Of a DNA stretch of 53,863 nt, positions 1-10,051 are shown piece after piece. A program made the translations under genes and the position numbers. This stretch comes from Salinivenus sp. GTDB taxonomy: Bacteria; Bacteroidota; Rhodothermia; Rhodothermales; Salinibacteraceae. The notes beneath the pieces are model-generated. The model was not told the origin of the DNA. It was given only the letters and a program-made list of their open reading frames with translations, and made no database searches. Numbering within the stretch: position 1 is the stretch's first letter; each line of letters opens with the position of its first letter. The DNA lies in the NCBI GenBank assembly GCA_036625705.1, contig JAZKTD010000001.1, positions 1-53,863 on the forward strand, in the 5' to 3' direction.

Positions 1-403
1 CGACCCCGTTACGGATTCTGCGATATCCGTCAATTCAGTTGTGCAAGCCCACTAGGCCGCCGCACTCGCCGTCAGTCCGACTGTGCAATCGGGGTCGTCG
101 CTGTCCGTCCATCGACATTCTGCTCGGGATCGAGCTCTGGGAGAGGGCGTAGCCCGGCCACGTTCGTCTCGCGGAGAGCCCCCTTCGCGACGTGATAGAC
201 TGGGAAGCATACAAGCGACCAGTCCTGACCTGCAAGGGATCGAAAGAGCTCCCGACACTGGATATCCCACCTTCGGGCCGGGTACAGGTTGGCACTCGCT
301 CGCGTCCAGGAGGGAACGAGCGCGGTTCTGTGCAACAGCGGGCCCGTCGAAGGCATTCAGGCTATAGTGGCTCGCCTTCTTGTCTCAAAGACCTCCGTCG
401 ATC

Positions 404-766
404 ATGTCTCGGGGCCCGTTAGAATTGGAGGCCACGTCCGCGGCCTCAGGAGACGCCGATCCGGAGGTCGAGTCGATCAAGAGACGGCTCCGGGAGGCGC
501 TCCCCCACCTCCGCGAGACCTACGCCGTCGAGCAGCTCTACCTCCACGGTTCTCGGCTCCGGGGGGAGGCCGGCCCCGAAAGTGACCTCGATGTCCTGGT
601 CGACTTTCAGGACTCGGAGGCGGGCCGGGCGGTTAGCCTCCTCGATTTCGTTGCCCTGAAGCAGGAGCTGGAGGACCTTCTGGGAGTGGACGTGGATCTC
701 GGGGAGCGAACCGCACTGCACGGCCCGGCCGGCGACGCCATCCAGCGGGAGGCAGAACCGGTGTAG
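404..766 (+). CDS. Minimal nucleotidyltransferase (MNT/MntA antitoxin-like)
   Basis: GSRLRGEAGPESDLDVLVDF matches the GS-x10-DxD motif of the pol-beta NTase fold, followed by SLLDFVALKQELEDLLGVDVDL. ATG at 404 chosen as start. Confidence 0.85.
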   Translation: MSRGPLELEATSAASGDADPEVESIKRRLREALPHLRETYAVEQLYLHGSRLRGEAGPESDLDVLVDFQDSEAGRAVSLLDFVALKQELEDLLGVDVDLGERTALHGPAGDAIQREAEPV

Positions 767-864
767 AATCCAGCAACCCCCCGAGATCCATCCTCTCTTC
801 TCGTACGAACTCGCATGCCCTGTTCGGGGGGGGGCGTCTGGAAGGGCATGTCCCGACTACCGTC

Positions 865-930
865 GGGGTGGATGTATGGACGTATTTCGCCTCCATCCTT
901 CCACACGTCCTCACATCCAGACCCACACGA
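865..930. repeat. Inverted degenerate octamer tandem array
   Basis: CCATCCTT-CCACACGT-CCTCACAT-CCAGAC-CCACACGA (893-930) faces the complementary GGGGTGG-ATGTATGG-ACGTAT (865-885). Confidence 0.55.
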
Positions 931-998
931 GGCCGAAGGCCGACCGACGCGGTACATCCTGCTACAGGATTCGGCATCAGCCCGCCGGCCGCGCCCGG

Positions 999-2261
999 TC
1001 AGTACCCGTAGATCGACAGGTCGTCGCGCCGCATGTGGGTGTTGAGCACGATGGCGAGCAGGGCCGTGTTGGCGAGCATGGCCGATCCGCCGTACGACAG
1101 GAAGGGAAGGGGAAGCCCGATGACCGGCAGCATGCCGGTCACCATCCCGATGTTGATGAAGATGTGCAGGAGGTACACGCCCACGGCGCCGGCGGCGACG
1201 ATGCTCCCGAACGGGTGCTTTACGTCGGAGCCCAGCCTGATGAGGCGTAGCAGCAGCGCTGCGAGGAGGGCCAGCACCACAATCGAGCCGATAAACCCGA
1301 ACTCCTCGGCGACGACGCTGAAGATGAAGTCCGTCGTTTGCTCCGGCACGTAGGCCCCCTGGGTCTGGGTGCCCTCCATAAAGCCCATGCCCCAGAGCCC
1401 GCCGGACGTGACGGCGGCCTTCGACTGCACGAGGTGGAAGCCGACGCCCTGTCGAAACTGCTCGGCGCCGGGGTTGGTGAAGGACAGCAGGCGGTCGACC
1501 TGGTAGGGCTGCAGGATCTTCGTGAGGACGAAGGAGACGACGGCGGCGACGCCCCCGGTAAACGTGGCGGCCAGGCCCGCGATGAGGCGTTGGCCGGTGG
1601 TCCACCACAGGCCGGCGGTAAACACGACCGCGAAGCCGAGGGCCGCCGGCATGTAGACGAGCGACAGGTACCCGGCGATGGCCGGGGAGATGAGCAGCAG
1701 GATGACCGATATTGGAAGCTCGCTCCAGAACAGCATGATCGGCACAAGGCCGAAGAAGACCAGGGCCGTCCCCAGGTCGTTCTGCAGGACGATGAGGAGG
1801 GCCGGGGCGACGATCAGCCCGGCCGCCTTCAGGGCGTAGCTCAGGGTTTTCGTGGCGCGGGTATGCCGCTCGGACAGCAGCTGGGCCACGGCGAGCACAG
1901 TGCCCACCTTCGCCAGCTCCGAGACCTGAAGGCGGAAGGGCCCGAGGGCGAGCCAGGCCTTCGTGCCGTGCACCTCCACCCCGACAAACAGAGCGAGGAC
2001 CAGCAGCAGCACGGTGACGCCGTAGATGGGGTAGGCCAGCGTCCGGAGCACCCGCACCGGCAGGAGCAGCGTGACGCCGATGCCGACGGCCGACACGCCC
2101 ACCCACACGAACTGGCGGTAGAAGTTGTCGCGCACCCCCTCGCTCAGGTACTCGGCCGCCGGGCCGTGGGTGGTGCTGTAGAGGGCCAGGAGCCCCGCCG
2201 TCACGAGGGCCACCCACGTGAGGACCGTCGGGATGTCCAGGTTGGGGGTCCAGCGCTGCAT
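999..2261 (-). CDS. rodA: Rod shape-determining SEDS peptidoglycan glycosyltransferase RodA
   Basis: About 10 TM segments; QVSELAK, LQNDLGT, PEQTTDFIFS, GLPLPFLSYGGS motifs; lies directly downstream of PBP2. Confidence 0.95.
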   Translation of the reverse strand: MQRWTPNLDIPTVLTWVALVTAGLLALYSTTHGPAAEYLSEGVRDNFYRQFVWVGVSAVGIGVTLLLPVRVLRTLAYPIYGVTVLLLVLALFVGVEVHGTKAWLALGPFRLQVSELAKVGTVLAVAQLLSERHTRATKTLSYALKAAGLIVAPALLIVLQNDLGTALVFFGLVPIMLFWSELPISVILLLISPAIAGYLSLVYMPAALGFAVVFTAGLWWTTGQRLIAGLAATFTGGVAAVVSFVLTKILQPYQVDRLLSFTNPGAEQFRQGVGFHLVQSKAAVTSGGLWGMGFMEGTQTQGAYVPEQTTDFIFSVVAEEFGFIGSIVVLALLAALLLRLIRLGSDVKHPFGSIVAAGAVGVYLLHIFINIGMVTGMLPVIGLPLPFLSYGGSAMLANTALLAIVLNTHMRRDDLSIYGY

Positions 2262-2285
2262 GGGAGGAGCCGAAGGGACGGAGAG

Positions 2286-4238
2286 TTAGGGACGAGACGA
2301 GTCGGCGTCGCGCCGCACGGCCGCCGAGGCCGTCGAGACCGTATCGGCGTCCGCGGGCGTCTCGGTGTCGGCGCGGTCAAGGGCGGGCGGCGCGGTCGTC
2401 GTGGTGTCCGACGGGGCCCCGAAGCCTTTCGGCGGGGCACTCCGCACCGAGTCGCGGAGCCGCCGGATCCAGTAGCGGCGCTGCCAGGTGTCCGCAATCT
2501 CCCCCTTGAGGTACTGCTCGGCCATGAGGCTGGCGATGGGCGCGGCGGCCGTGGCCCCGTAGCCGGCGTTCTCGATGGCGACGGCCACGGCGATCTCCGG
2601 ATCCTCGACCGGCGCGAACATAATGAAGAGGGAGTGATCCTCGCCGTGCGGATTCTGGGCGGTGCCCGTCTTGCCGGCGCCCGGAATGCCGGGGATCTGC
2701 ACCCACCGGCCGGTGCCGTCGGTCATGACGCGGCGCATGCCCTGCTGGACCGTCTCGAAGTGGGCGGAGTCGATCGGAATGGACTCGGGCGGCGGCACCT
2801 GTGGGCGGCGGACGTCTCCGGTCTGAGGGTGCACCATCTTGCGCACGAAGTGGGGGCTCGGCAGCGTGCCGCCGTTGCCGAGGGCCGCGACGTAGCGGGC
2901 CAGCTGAAGGGGCGTCACCGACATGTCGCCCTGCCCGATGCCGAGGTTGATGAGGTAGCCCTCGGTCCAGCGGCCGTACGTGCGGTCGTAGTAGGAGGAG
3001 TCGGGGATGAGGCCGGTTGCCTGCTCGCCGACGTCGAGGGGCGCCTTCTGACCGAAGCCGAACTTCTTGGCCCAGTTGTGCCAGGTGCCCAGGGGCATCT
3101 TGTCCATGAGCTGGTAGAAGAAGGTATTGCACGACACCTCGATGGCCTTCGTCACCGTAATCATTCCCTCGTCCTGCCCGCCGTGGTTGCGAAAGACGCG
3201 GTTGCCGAAGCGGTAGCCCGCGGGGCAGTCCTGGCGCTCGTTCGTCCCGATGATGCCGGTCTCCAGCGCCACGAGCGACATAAACGGCTTCCAGGTCGAG
3301 CCCGGCGGGAAGCCGCTCCGGACGGCCCGGTTGTAGAGCGGATCGGTGGGGGCCGAGCGGAGGCTGTCCCAGGCCGCGTCGCTCACCGATCGGGCAAAGA
3401 TGGACGGCGGGAAGTCGGGCTTGCTCACGAACGAGAGGATCTCGCCGTTGTCGGGGTCGAGGGCGACGGCGGCCCCTCGTTTGCCCACGAACAGCGACTC
3501 GGCCAGGGCCTGCACCTGATGGTCGAGCGCGAGGTGCAGGTCGTAACCGCCCACGGGGGCTTTGTCCCGCGCCCCGTCGCGGTACGGCATAATTTCGGTG
3601 CCCCGCACGTTTACGAGCACAAACTCGCTGCCCCGCTCGCCCCGCAGGACCGGCTCGTAGGCCTTTTCCAGCCCCGTCTTGCCGATATAGTCACCGGGGC
3701 GGTAGCCGTCGTCCACCCGGCGGGCGAGGGCCGGCCCGCTAATCTCGCGCACGTAGCCGAGGGCGTGGGTGGCGTTGGCGTCGGTGTGGTAGCGGCGCCG
3801 GAGCTCGATCTCGTGGGACACGCCGGGCAGTTCGTGCTGGTGCTCCTGCACGCGGCTGAAGGTCTCGAACGAGACGCCGCGGAACGAGCGGCTCGGCCGA
3901 AACGCGTTCCAATTGCGGGCCTCGCGAAGCTTGCGCTGCACTGTCGAGTCGGGCACGCGCAATAGGTCGGCCAGCAGCGGCACTTTCGACCGGTCGAAGT
4001 ACCGGGGCGTAAGCATGATGGTATAGCTGGGCCGGTTGTCGGCCAGCAGCGTGCCGTCGCGGCCGTAGATGGCCCCGCGGGCCGCCTCCACGGGCCGCTC
4101 GCGGACGGCGTTGCCTTCGATCGCCGTGTGGCCGTCGCCGTTCACGAGCTGCAGCTGCGCGAGGCGGACTCCGAGGAGGAGAAACACGGTGAGGACGACC
4201 CCGGCGTAAATCCGGACGCGGGTCCGATATTCGTCCAT
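2286..4238 (-). CDS. mrdA: Penicillin-binding protein 2 (class B transpeptidase)
   Basis: N-terminal TM anchor, RGAIYGRDG, SxxK (PGSTWK), SCN and KTGTAQ motifs; upstream of rodA. Confidence 0.95.
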   Translation of the reverse strand: MDEYRTRVRIYAGVVLTVFLLLGVRLAQLQLVNGDGHTAIEGNAVRERPVEAARGAIYGRDGTLLADNRPSYTIMLTPRYFDRSKVPLLADLLRVPDSTVQRKLREARNWNAFRPSRSFRGVSFETFSRVQEHQHELPGVSHEIELRRRYHTDANATHALGYVREISGPALARRVDDGYRPGDYIGKTGLEKAYEPVLRGERGSEFVLVNVRGTEIMPYRDGARDKAPVGGYDLHLALDHQVQALAESLFVGKRGAAVALDPDNGEILSFVSKPDFPPSIFARSVSDAAWDSLRSAPTDPLYNRAVRSGFPPGSTWKPFMSLVALETGIIGTNERQDCPAGYRFGNRVFRNHGGQDEGMITVTKAIEVSCNTFFYQLMDKMPLGTWHNWAKKFGFGQKAPLDVGEQATGLIPDSSYYDRTYGRWTEGYLINLGIGQGDMSVTPLQLARYVAALGNGGTLPSPHFVRKMVHPQTGDVRRPQVPPPESIPIDSAHFETVQQGMRRVMTDGTGRWVQIPGIPGAGKTGTAQNPHGEDHSLFIMFAPVEDPEIAVAVAIENAGYGATAAAPIASLMAEQYLKGEIADTWQRRYWIRRLRDSVRSAPPKGFGAPSDTTTTAPPALDRADTETPADADTVSTASAAVRRDADSSRP

Positions 4239-4779
4239 GAGTCGAGCAGGGCGAGGACGTGCGGAAAGGGAGCAGCGGGGCGCGTGGGGGTGGAATCACC
4301 GCCTGTTAAAAATGGGGGACCCGGGGCGGGTTGCACGGAGTGCGGAGCGAAACTGCCATCGAGACCCCGTCCCTAACGGAAGGACAGAGTCGGGAGGTCT
4401 CATCCGGACCGTGGCGGTGGGTGGGAAAACGAATTCGTTCCATCCAGGCCGGACCATCCCCCCGGCACGAACGGTTTCACGAGATCCAGTGTTATCCGAT
4501 GAACTTCCCGGCGTGGCGTTTGCGGATTGTTCGTACACCCCGACAGACGGGTCTCTATCCGAGGACCCCATGCCGTCTTCCGTTTATCCCCAACGGGAGA
4601 TACATCATAGCAAAGTGCATACCGGGTTATAAAGAGCCGTTTGCCGGAGGCTCCCCCCCGAATTTGGAGGAGAGCGGGCGTAACAGCCGAACTTCTTCTA
4701 GCACCAACCGGTAAATTGCGTCCCTGTTTACGGCATGCAGTTTTCGTAAAGCCTCGTTGAGCCATCCCCCCGCTCCGCC

Positions 4780-7700
4780 ATGCGACGATCCGCACTCCGA
4801 GCGTTCCGTTTTTTTGTCGTCCTGGTCGTCCTCGGAGCTTTCGCCGGAGGACCGGCATCGGCCCAGTACTTCGGGCAGAACAAGGTGCAGTACGACGACT
4901 TCGATTTCAAGACGTTTAGCACCGAAAACTTCGACATCTACTTCTACCCGGAGGAGCGCCAGGCCGTCACGGACGCCGGGCGGATGGCGGAGCGGTGGTA
5001 TCAGCGGCACTCGCGCACGTTTCTGCGGGAGTTCAAGGCGCGAAAGCCACTGATCTTTTACGCCAACAGTGCCGACTTCCAGCAGACCAACGCGGTGCGG
5101 GGCCGGATGGGGCAAGGCACCGGCGGGGTCACGGAGAGCATCAAGGAGCGGGTCATCATGCCCCTCACCGGAAGCTACAAGGAGACCGACCACGTGCTGG
5201 GCCACGAGCTGGTGCACTCTTTCCAGTACGACATCGCCCTTCGGGGAGACGTGCAGGGATTTTCGCTGCGCAACCTCCCGCTCTGGCTCGTGGAAGGGAT
5301 GGCCGAGTACCTGTCGGTCGGCAGCCGGGACCCCCACACGACGATGTGGCTGCGGGACGCCATTCTGCGGGACGACCTGCCCACCATCGAGCAGATGACC
5401 CGCAACATGCGGGACTACTTTCCCTACCGGTACGGGCAGGCCTACATGGCGTACGTGGGGGGCAAGTACGGGGACGCCGCCGTCACCGACCTCTACAAGC
5501 TGAGTGGCCGCGTGGGCGTGGACTCCGCCTTCGTCTACTCCCTGGGCATCACCGCCGATTCGCTGTCGAACGAGTGGAAGCAGAGCGTTCGGGACGCCTA
5601 CGAGCCGACGATGGAGGGGCGCACGCCGGCCGACTCGGTGGGCGAGGCCATCATCGGCACGCCCGGTGAGGACAACCAGCTCAACATTTCGCCGGCGGTG
5701 AGCCCGGACGGCCGCTACGTGGCCTTCATCTCGCGCCGCAACATCTTCAACACCAACCTCTTCGTCGCCGATACGGAGACGGGAGAGATCGTGCAGGAGC
5801 TGGAGGGCACGCGGTCGAACCCGCACTTCGACGCCCTTCGCTTCATTGACTCGGCGGGCTCGTGGTCGCCGGACGGGCGACGATTTGCGTTCGTCACCTT
5901 CGCCAACGGGACCAACGAGATCAACACGTTCAACGTCCAGTCGGGCGAGGTGCAGACCCGAACGGCGGTAGAGGGCGTAGGGGCGATCCAAAACCTCGCC
6001 TGGTCGCCGGACGGCCGCACCATTGCCTTCTCGGGACTGGACGGGGGCGTGAGCGACCTCTATCTCTATAATCTCCAGGAAGAGCAGGTTCGCCAGCTCA
6101 CCAACGACCGGTACGCCGAGCTGCAGCCGACGTGGTCGCCGGACGGCTCCACCATCACGTTCACGACGGACCGCGGACCGGAAGGCACCAACTTCGAGAC
6201 GCTTCAGTTCGGGGACTACCGCCTCGGCATGATCGAGGTCGAGTCGGGCGACATTCGGACGCTTCGCCCCTTTACCGAGGGCATGCATCACAATCCGCAG
6301 TATAGCCCGGACGGTCGGAGTCTCTACTTTATCTCCGACCACGACGGCTTCAAAGACATCTACCGGTACAGCCTCGAGGAGCAGGCCACCTACCGCATCA
6401 CGAAGGCAAAGACGGGCATCAGCGGAATCACGGCCACCTCCCCGGCCCTGTCGGTCGCGCGGCAGAGCGGGCGGATGATGTTTACGGTGTTCTCAAACAG
6501 CGGGTACTCGATCATGTCTCTCCCCTCCGACGAGACAAAAGGGGAGCGGGTGAGTCCCGAGGATCCGATGGAGGAATCCCTGGCGGGCGTGCTGCCCCCG
6601 GCCCAGTCCTCCGAGGCGGGCATCGTGGGCAACTACCTGAAGGACCCGCTCACGGGACTGCCGGAGTCGGACTCCGTCGACGCCACGGCGGCCAGCAACC
6701 GGCTCTACCTCGACCGGATCTCGCCGCCGTCGGTGGGCACCTCCGTCGGGGGCCCCTTCGGCACGCAGGTGTCCGGGGGCGTGGCGTTTGCGTTCAGCGA
6801 CATCCTCGGCAACCAGAACCTGAACGTGGTCGTCCAGGCCAACGGCACCATCAAAGACGTGGGGGGCGGGGCCTTCTACAGCAATCAGGGCAACCGTCTC
6901 AACTACGGCGTCGGGGTGTCCCACATCCCGTCTGCCTTCGGGCGCGTCGGGTTTTTGCCGCAGGGGAACAACCGCGTCCAGCTCGTCCAGATCGTCCAGC
7001 GGATCTACCAGTCGCAGTTTGTCACGCAGGCGAGCTATCCCCTCTCGCAGCGCAATCGCATTGAGCTCAGCGCCGGCGGCACGCGATACGGGTTCGGGGT
7101 GACGGTCCGCAACCAGTTCGGTCGGGAAATTGACCCGGAGGCCGTGAGTGGGCTCGGGGGACTTCCGGATCCGCTCTACTTCGGCCAGGTGGGCCTCGCC
7201 TACGTGGGCGACTTCTCGAACTCGGGCCTCACGTCGCCGCTTCAGGGCGGGCGCTACCGCTTTCAGGTAACGCCGCAGGTCGGGACGCGAAATTTCGTGT
7301 CGGTCCTCGCCGACTATCGCCGCTACTTCTACCGCGACCCTGTGACCTTCGCCGTTCGGGGCCTCCACCGCGGCAACTACGGCGGGCAGTTCAAGGGAGA
7401 TTTTGCGGACCTGTTCCTCCGGGAGACGATCGCGGAGCCCTACCAGGTCGGCTTCGTTCGCGGATACAGCCGGAGCTCGATCCTCAACGAGGATCGGTGC
7501 CGCATCCGCAACCAGTGCGACATCACGCAGCTGTACGGCTCGCGGATGGCGATTGGCAGCGCGGAGGTTCGGGTGCCGCTCCTCGGGCCCGAGGTGCTTG
7601 GGCTTTCCACCTTCAAGTACCTCCCCACCGATCTGGTGCTCTTCGCGGACGCGGGCATCGCCTGGACCGGGGAGAACTTCGACGACCTCTCCCTGCAGAA

Positions 7701-7887
7701 CCAGTTCGTGGCGGGGCAGAGCCTGACCGGGTCCGGCACGTCGACGACGGCCCAGCCGGTGACGAGTGCGGGCATTTCGGCCCGCGTCAATGTGCTGGGG
7801 GCCGTCGTGTTTGAGGCGTTCTACGCCCGCACCTTCCAGCGCGCGAAGCCGTGGGACTTTGGTCTCGTCCTGCGGCCGGGCTGGTAG
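4780..7887 (+). CDS. Secreted fusion: zinc-peptidase-like domain + PD40/TolB-like beta-propeller + Omp85 (BamA/TamA-family) barrel
   Basis: Signal peptide; HELVH...EGMAEY; repeated (W/V/Y)SPDG motifs; Omp85 signatures VRGY and FADAG; C-terminal Trp. Confidence 0.85.
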   Translation: MRRSALRAFRFFVVLVVLGAFAGGPASAQYFGQNKVQYDDFDFKTFSTENFDIYFYPEERQAVTDAGRMAERWYQRHSRTFLREFKARKPLIFYANSADFQQTNAVRGRMGQGTGGVTESIKERVIMPLTGSYKETDHVLGHELVHSFQYDIALRGDVQGFSLRNLPLWLVEGMAEYLSVGSRDPHTTMWLRDAILRDDLPTIEQMTRNMRDYFPYRYGQAYMAYVGGKYGDAAVTDLYKLSGRVGVDSAFVYSLGITADSLSNEWKQSVRDAYEPTMEGRTPADSVGEAIIGTPGEDNQLNISPAVSPDGRYVAFISRRNIFNTNLFVADTETGEIVQELEGTRSNPHFDALRFIDSAGSWSPDGRRFAFVTFANGTNEINTFNVQSGEVQTRTAVEGVGAIQNLAWSPDGRTIAFSGLDGGVSDLYLYNLQEEQVRQLTNDRYAELQPTWSPDGSTITFTTDRGPEGTNFETLQFGDYRLGMIEVESGDIRTLRPFTEGMHHNPQYSPDGRSLYFISDHDGFKDIYRYSLEEQATYRITKAKTGISGITATSPALSVARQSGRMMFTVFSNSGYSIMSLPSDETKGERVSPEDPMEESLAGVLPPAQSSEAGIVGNYLKDPLTGLPESDSVDATAASNRLYLDRISPPSVGTSVGGPFGTQVSGGVAFAFSDILGNQNLNVVVQANGTIKDVGGGAFYSNQGNRLNYGVGVSHIPSAFGRVGFLPQGNNRVQLVQIVQRIYQSQFVTQASYPLSQRNRIELSAGGTRYGFGVTVRNQFGREIDPEAVSGLGGLPDPLYFGQVGLAYVGDFSNSGLTSPLQGGRYRFQVTPQVGTRNFVSVLADYRRYFYRDPVTFAVRGLHRGNYGGQFKGDFADLFLRETIAEPYQVGFVRGYSRSSILNEDRCRIRNQCDITQLYGSRMAIGSAEVRVPLLGPEVLGLSTFKYLPTDLVLFADAGIAWTGENFDDLSLQNQFVAGQSLTGSGTSTTAQPVTSAGISARVNVLGAVVFEAFYARTFQRAKPWDFGLVLRPGW

Positions 7888-7904
7888 CGCCGCGTCGCCG
7901 GCCC

Positions 7905-8711
7905 TCAGGCCGTGAGGCGGCCGCGCAGCGTCGTAACGGCCCGCCCCGACAGGTCCACGCGGTCGGCGTCCGGGGACGGAAGGGCCACGCGCACGGTGCC
8001 GCCCCGCGCCGACACCTGCCGGCCCGTGAGGGTCGTGCGCCCGAGGCGATCGGCCCAGTACGGCCCGAGGGCACAGTGGGCGGAGCCCGTCACCGGATCC
8101 TCGGGCACGCCCACGCCGGGGGCAAAAAAGCGGGACACGACGTCGGCGTCCTCGCGATCGGCGGCGGCCGTGGCGATCACGCCCCGCGCGTCCAGGGCGG
8201 CAAGCGTCGGGAGGGTCGGGTCGAGCGCCCGCACCGCCTCCGCCGAGGGGAGGTGAACGAGGAAATCTCGGTCGGTCCGACCGGTGTACACCGGGTCGGT
8301 GGCGCCGAGGCCGTCGAGGAGCGCGGCGGGAGGATTGACCGGGCGCGGCGGGTCGGTCGGGAAGTCCATCGTGGTCCATTCGTCGTCGCGGGCGGCCGTC
8401 AGGACGCCGCTCGCCGTGCGGAAGCGGGCGGGGGCCTTCGGGGCGAGCAGGCCCTCCGTCCAGAGCACGTGGGCACTCGCGAGGGTGGCGTGGCCGCAGA
8501 GATCGACCTCGTGGGTGGGGGTGAACCAGCGCAGCCGGTACCCGCCGTCGGGGTGCGGCCGGAGGAAGGCCGTCTCCGACAGGTTCATTTCCGCGGCGAC
8601 GGCCTGGAGCCAGTCGTACTCGCGGGCGGCGGGAAGGAGACACACCGCGGCGGGATTTCCGGCAAACGCGGTGTCTGTGAAGGCGTCGACGTGGTATATG
8701 GCACAGGACAT
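7905..8711 (-). CDS. PhzF-family isomerase/epimerase
   Basis: VDAFTDTAFAGNPAAV, MNLSETAF, EVDLCGHATLA, EDPVTGSAH. The real gene is the last 268 aa of the long 7905..9953 ORF. Confidence 0.92.
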   Translation of the reverse strand: MSCAIYHVDAFTDTAFAGNPAAVCLLPAAREYDWLQAVAAEMNLSETAFLRPHPDGGYRLRWFTPTHEVDLCGHATLASAHVLWTEGLLAPKAPARFRTASGVLTAARDDEWTTMDFPTDPPRPVNPPAALLDGLGATDPVYTGRTDRDFLVHLPSAEAVRALDPTLPTLAALDARGVIATAAADREDADVVSRFFAPGVGVPEDPVTGSAHCALGPYWADRLGRTTLTGRQVSARGGTVRVALPSPDADRVDLSGRAVTTLRGRLTA

Positions 8712-8843
8712 GGGGCCGTCGTTCGGGGGACTTCGAAAAAATGGCGTGCCGGGAGAAACGAAACGCCCCGCGTCCGGGTCCAACGAGATACGTAGCTTGT
8801 CGTCCGCCGACGTCATTCCCTCGTCGATACGCTCCCGACGCGC

Positions 8844-9944
8844 ATGTACAGCTTTATACGCCCCCTGTTGTTTCGGCTCGACGCCGAGCGGGCCCACAAG
8901 ATGAGCCTCCGGGCGGCCGAACTGGTGCAGACCGTAGCGCCCTCCCTCGTCGAGCCGCAGTACGGCTACGAGGACGAGCGCCTCAAGCAGCGACTCTGGG
9001 GGGAGACCTTCCCCAATCCCGTCGGGCTGGCGGCCGGGTTCGACAAGAACGCGCGGCTCGTGCCGTTCTGGGAGGCGATCGGCTTCGGATTCATCGAGGT
9101 CGGTTCCGTGAGCGCGATGGCGGCCGACGGCAACCCGAAGCCCCGTGCCTTCCGACTGCCCGACGATCAGGCGCTCCTCAACCGACTGGGCCTCAACAAC
9201 GAAGGGGCGGCCACGATGGCCGAGCGGCTCGAGGATGGGCGCACTGATCGGACGCGGCCCCTGGGCATCAACCTCGCGAAGACGCACGACCCGGCCGTGA
9301 TGGGCGAGGCTGCGCTCGAGGACTTCCGGGAGAGCTTCCGCCTCCTGGCCCCGCAGGCCAGCTACGTGACGCTGAACGTCTCCTGCCCCAATACCGAGGA
9401 CGGCCGCACGTTCGAGCACCCGCGCGCCCTCGACGACCTGCTGGACACCATCTTCTCGGAGCAAAAGGCCCCGGGGCTGGAGGTGCCGGTCCTGATCAAG
9501 CTCAGCCCCCCGGTCAGCGAGCGCGTGATCTTCGACACCCGGCTCGAGGACATCGTCGCGGTGGCCCAGTCCCATGGCGTGCACGGGTACATCGCCTCGA
9601 ACACCGCCGCGGACCGGGCGGGACTGCAGACGCCGGACGATGAGGTGAAGGCGATGGGCGACGGAGGCATCAGCGGCCCGCCCCTCACCGAACGGGCCAC
9701 CTGCCTGGTGCGGTACCTCTACCGCGTCACCGACGGCGATACCCCCATCATCGGCGTCGGGGGCGTGCGAGACGCCGACACGGCCTACGCCAAGATCCGG
9801 GCGGGGGCCTCGCTCGTTCAGCTGTACACGGCGCTCGTCTACGAGGGCCCCGGCCTCATCAAGCGCATCAAGGAGGGGCTCGTCCAGCGGCTGCGCGACG
9901 ACGGGCACGTGTCGGTCACCGACGCGGTCGGGACCGCCGTGTAG
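8844..9944 (+). CDS. pyrD: Quinone-dependent dihydroorotate dehydrogenase (class 2)
   Basis: NPVGLAAGFDKN, NRLGLNN, LNVSCPNT, GGISG, GASLVQLYT motifs. Confidence 0.96.
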   Translation: MYSFIRPLLFRLDAERAHKMSLRAAELVQTVAPSLVEPQYGYEDERLKQRLWGETFPNPVGLAAGFDKNARLVPFWEAIGFGFIEVGSVSAMAADGNPKPRAFRLPDDQALLNRLGLNNEGAATMAERLEDGRTDRTRPLGINLAKTHDPAVMGEAALEDFRESFRLLAPQASYVTLNVSCPNTEDGRTFEHPRALDDLLDTIFSEQKAPGLEVPVLIKLSPPVSERVIFDTRLEDIVAVAQSHGVHGYIASNTAADRAGLQTPDDEVKAMGDGGISGPPLTERATCLVRYLYRVTDGDTPIIGVGGVRDADTAYAKIRAGASLVQLYTALVYEGPGLIKRIKEGLVQRLRDDGHVSVTDAVGTAV

Positions 9945-10051
9945 CCCGGCCAAACGCCCCCCTGCCGGGACAGAAACAGCACTCGGGCCTCGTCGGTAGG
10001 CCCGCGTGGCAAATGGCCGCGGCCCCCTCTTCCTGATCCGGTTCCTGCCTC

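Noticed and set aside
1-380. Possible HEPN toxin remnant (minus-strand LVGLHN*IDGY)
   Set aside because: Motif spacing does not fit RNxxxHxY, and it is on the opposite strand to the MNT; left unassigned.
1338-3965. 875-aa plus-strand ORF, and similar long ORFs (4627..6342, 9839..11803, 30602..32989, 38434..40374, 42412..44949, 46109..47983, 50271..52163)
   Set aside because: Antisense shadows of clearly identified genes; expected in high-GC DNA; no motifs.
7905-8711. Phenazine biosynthesis
   Set aside because: A lone PhzF-like gene with no other phz genes; such genes are widespread.
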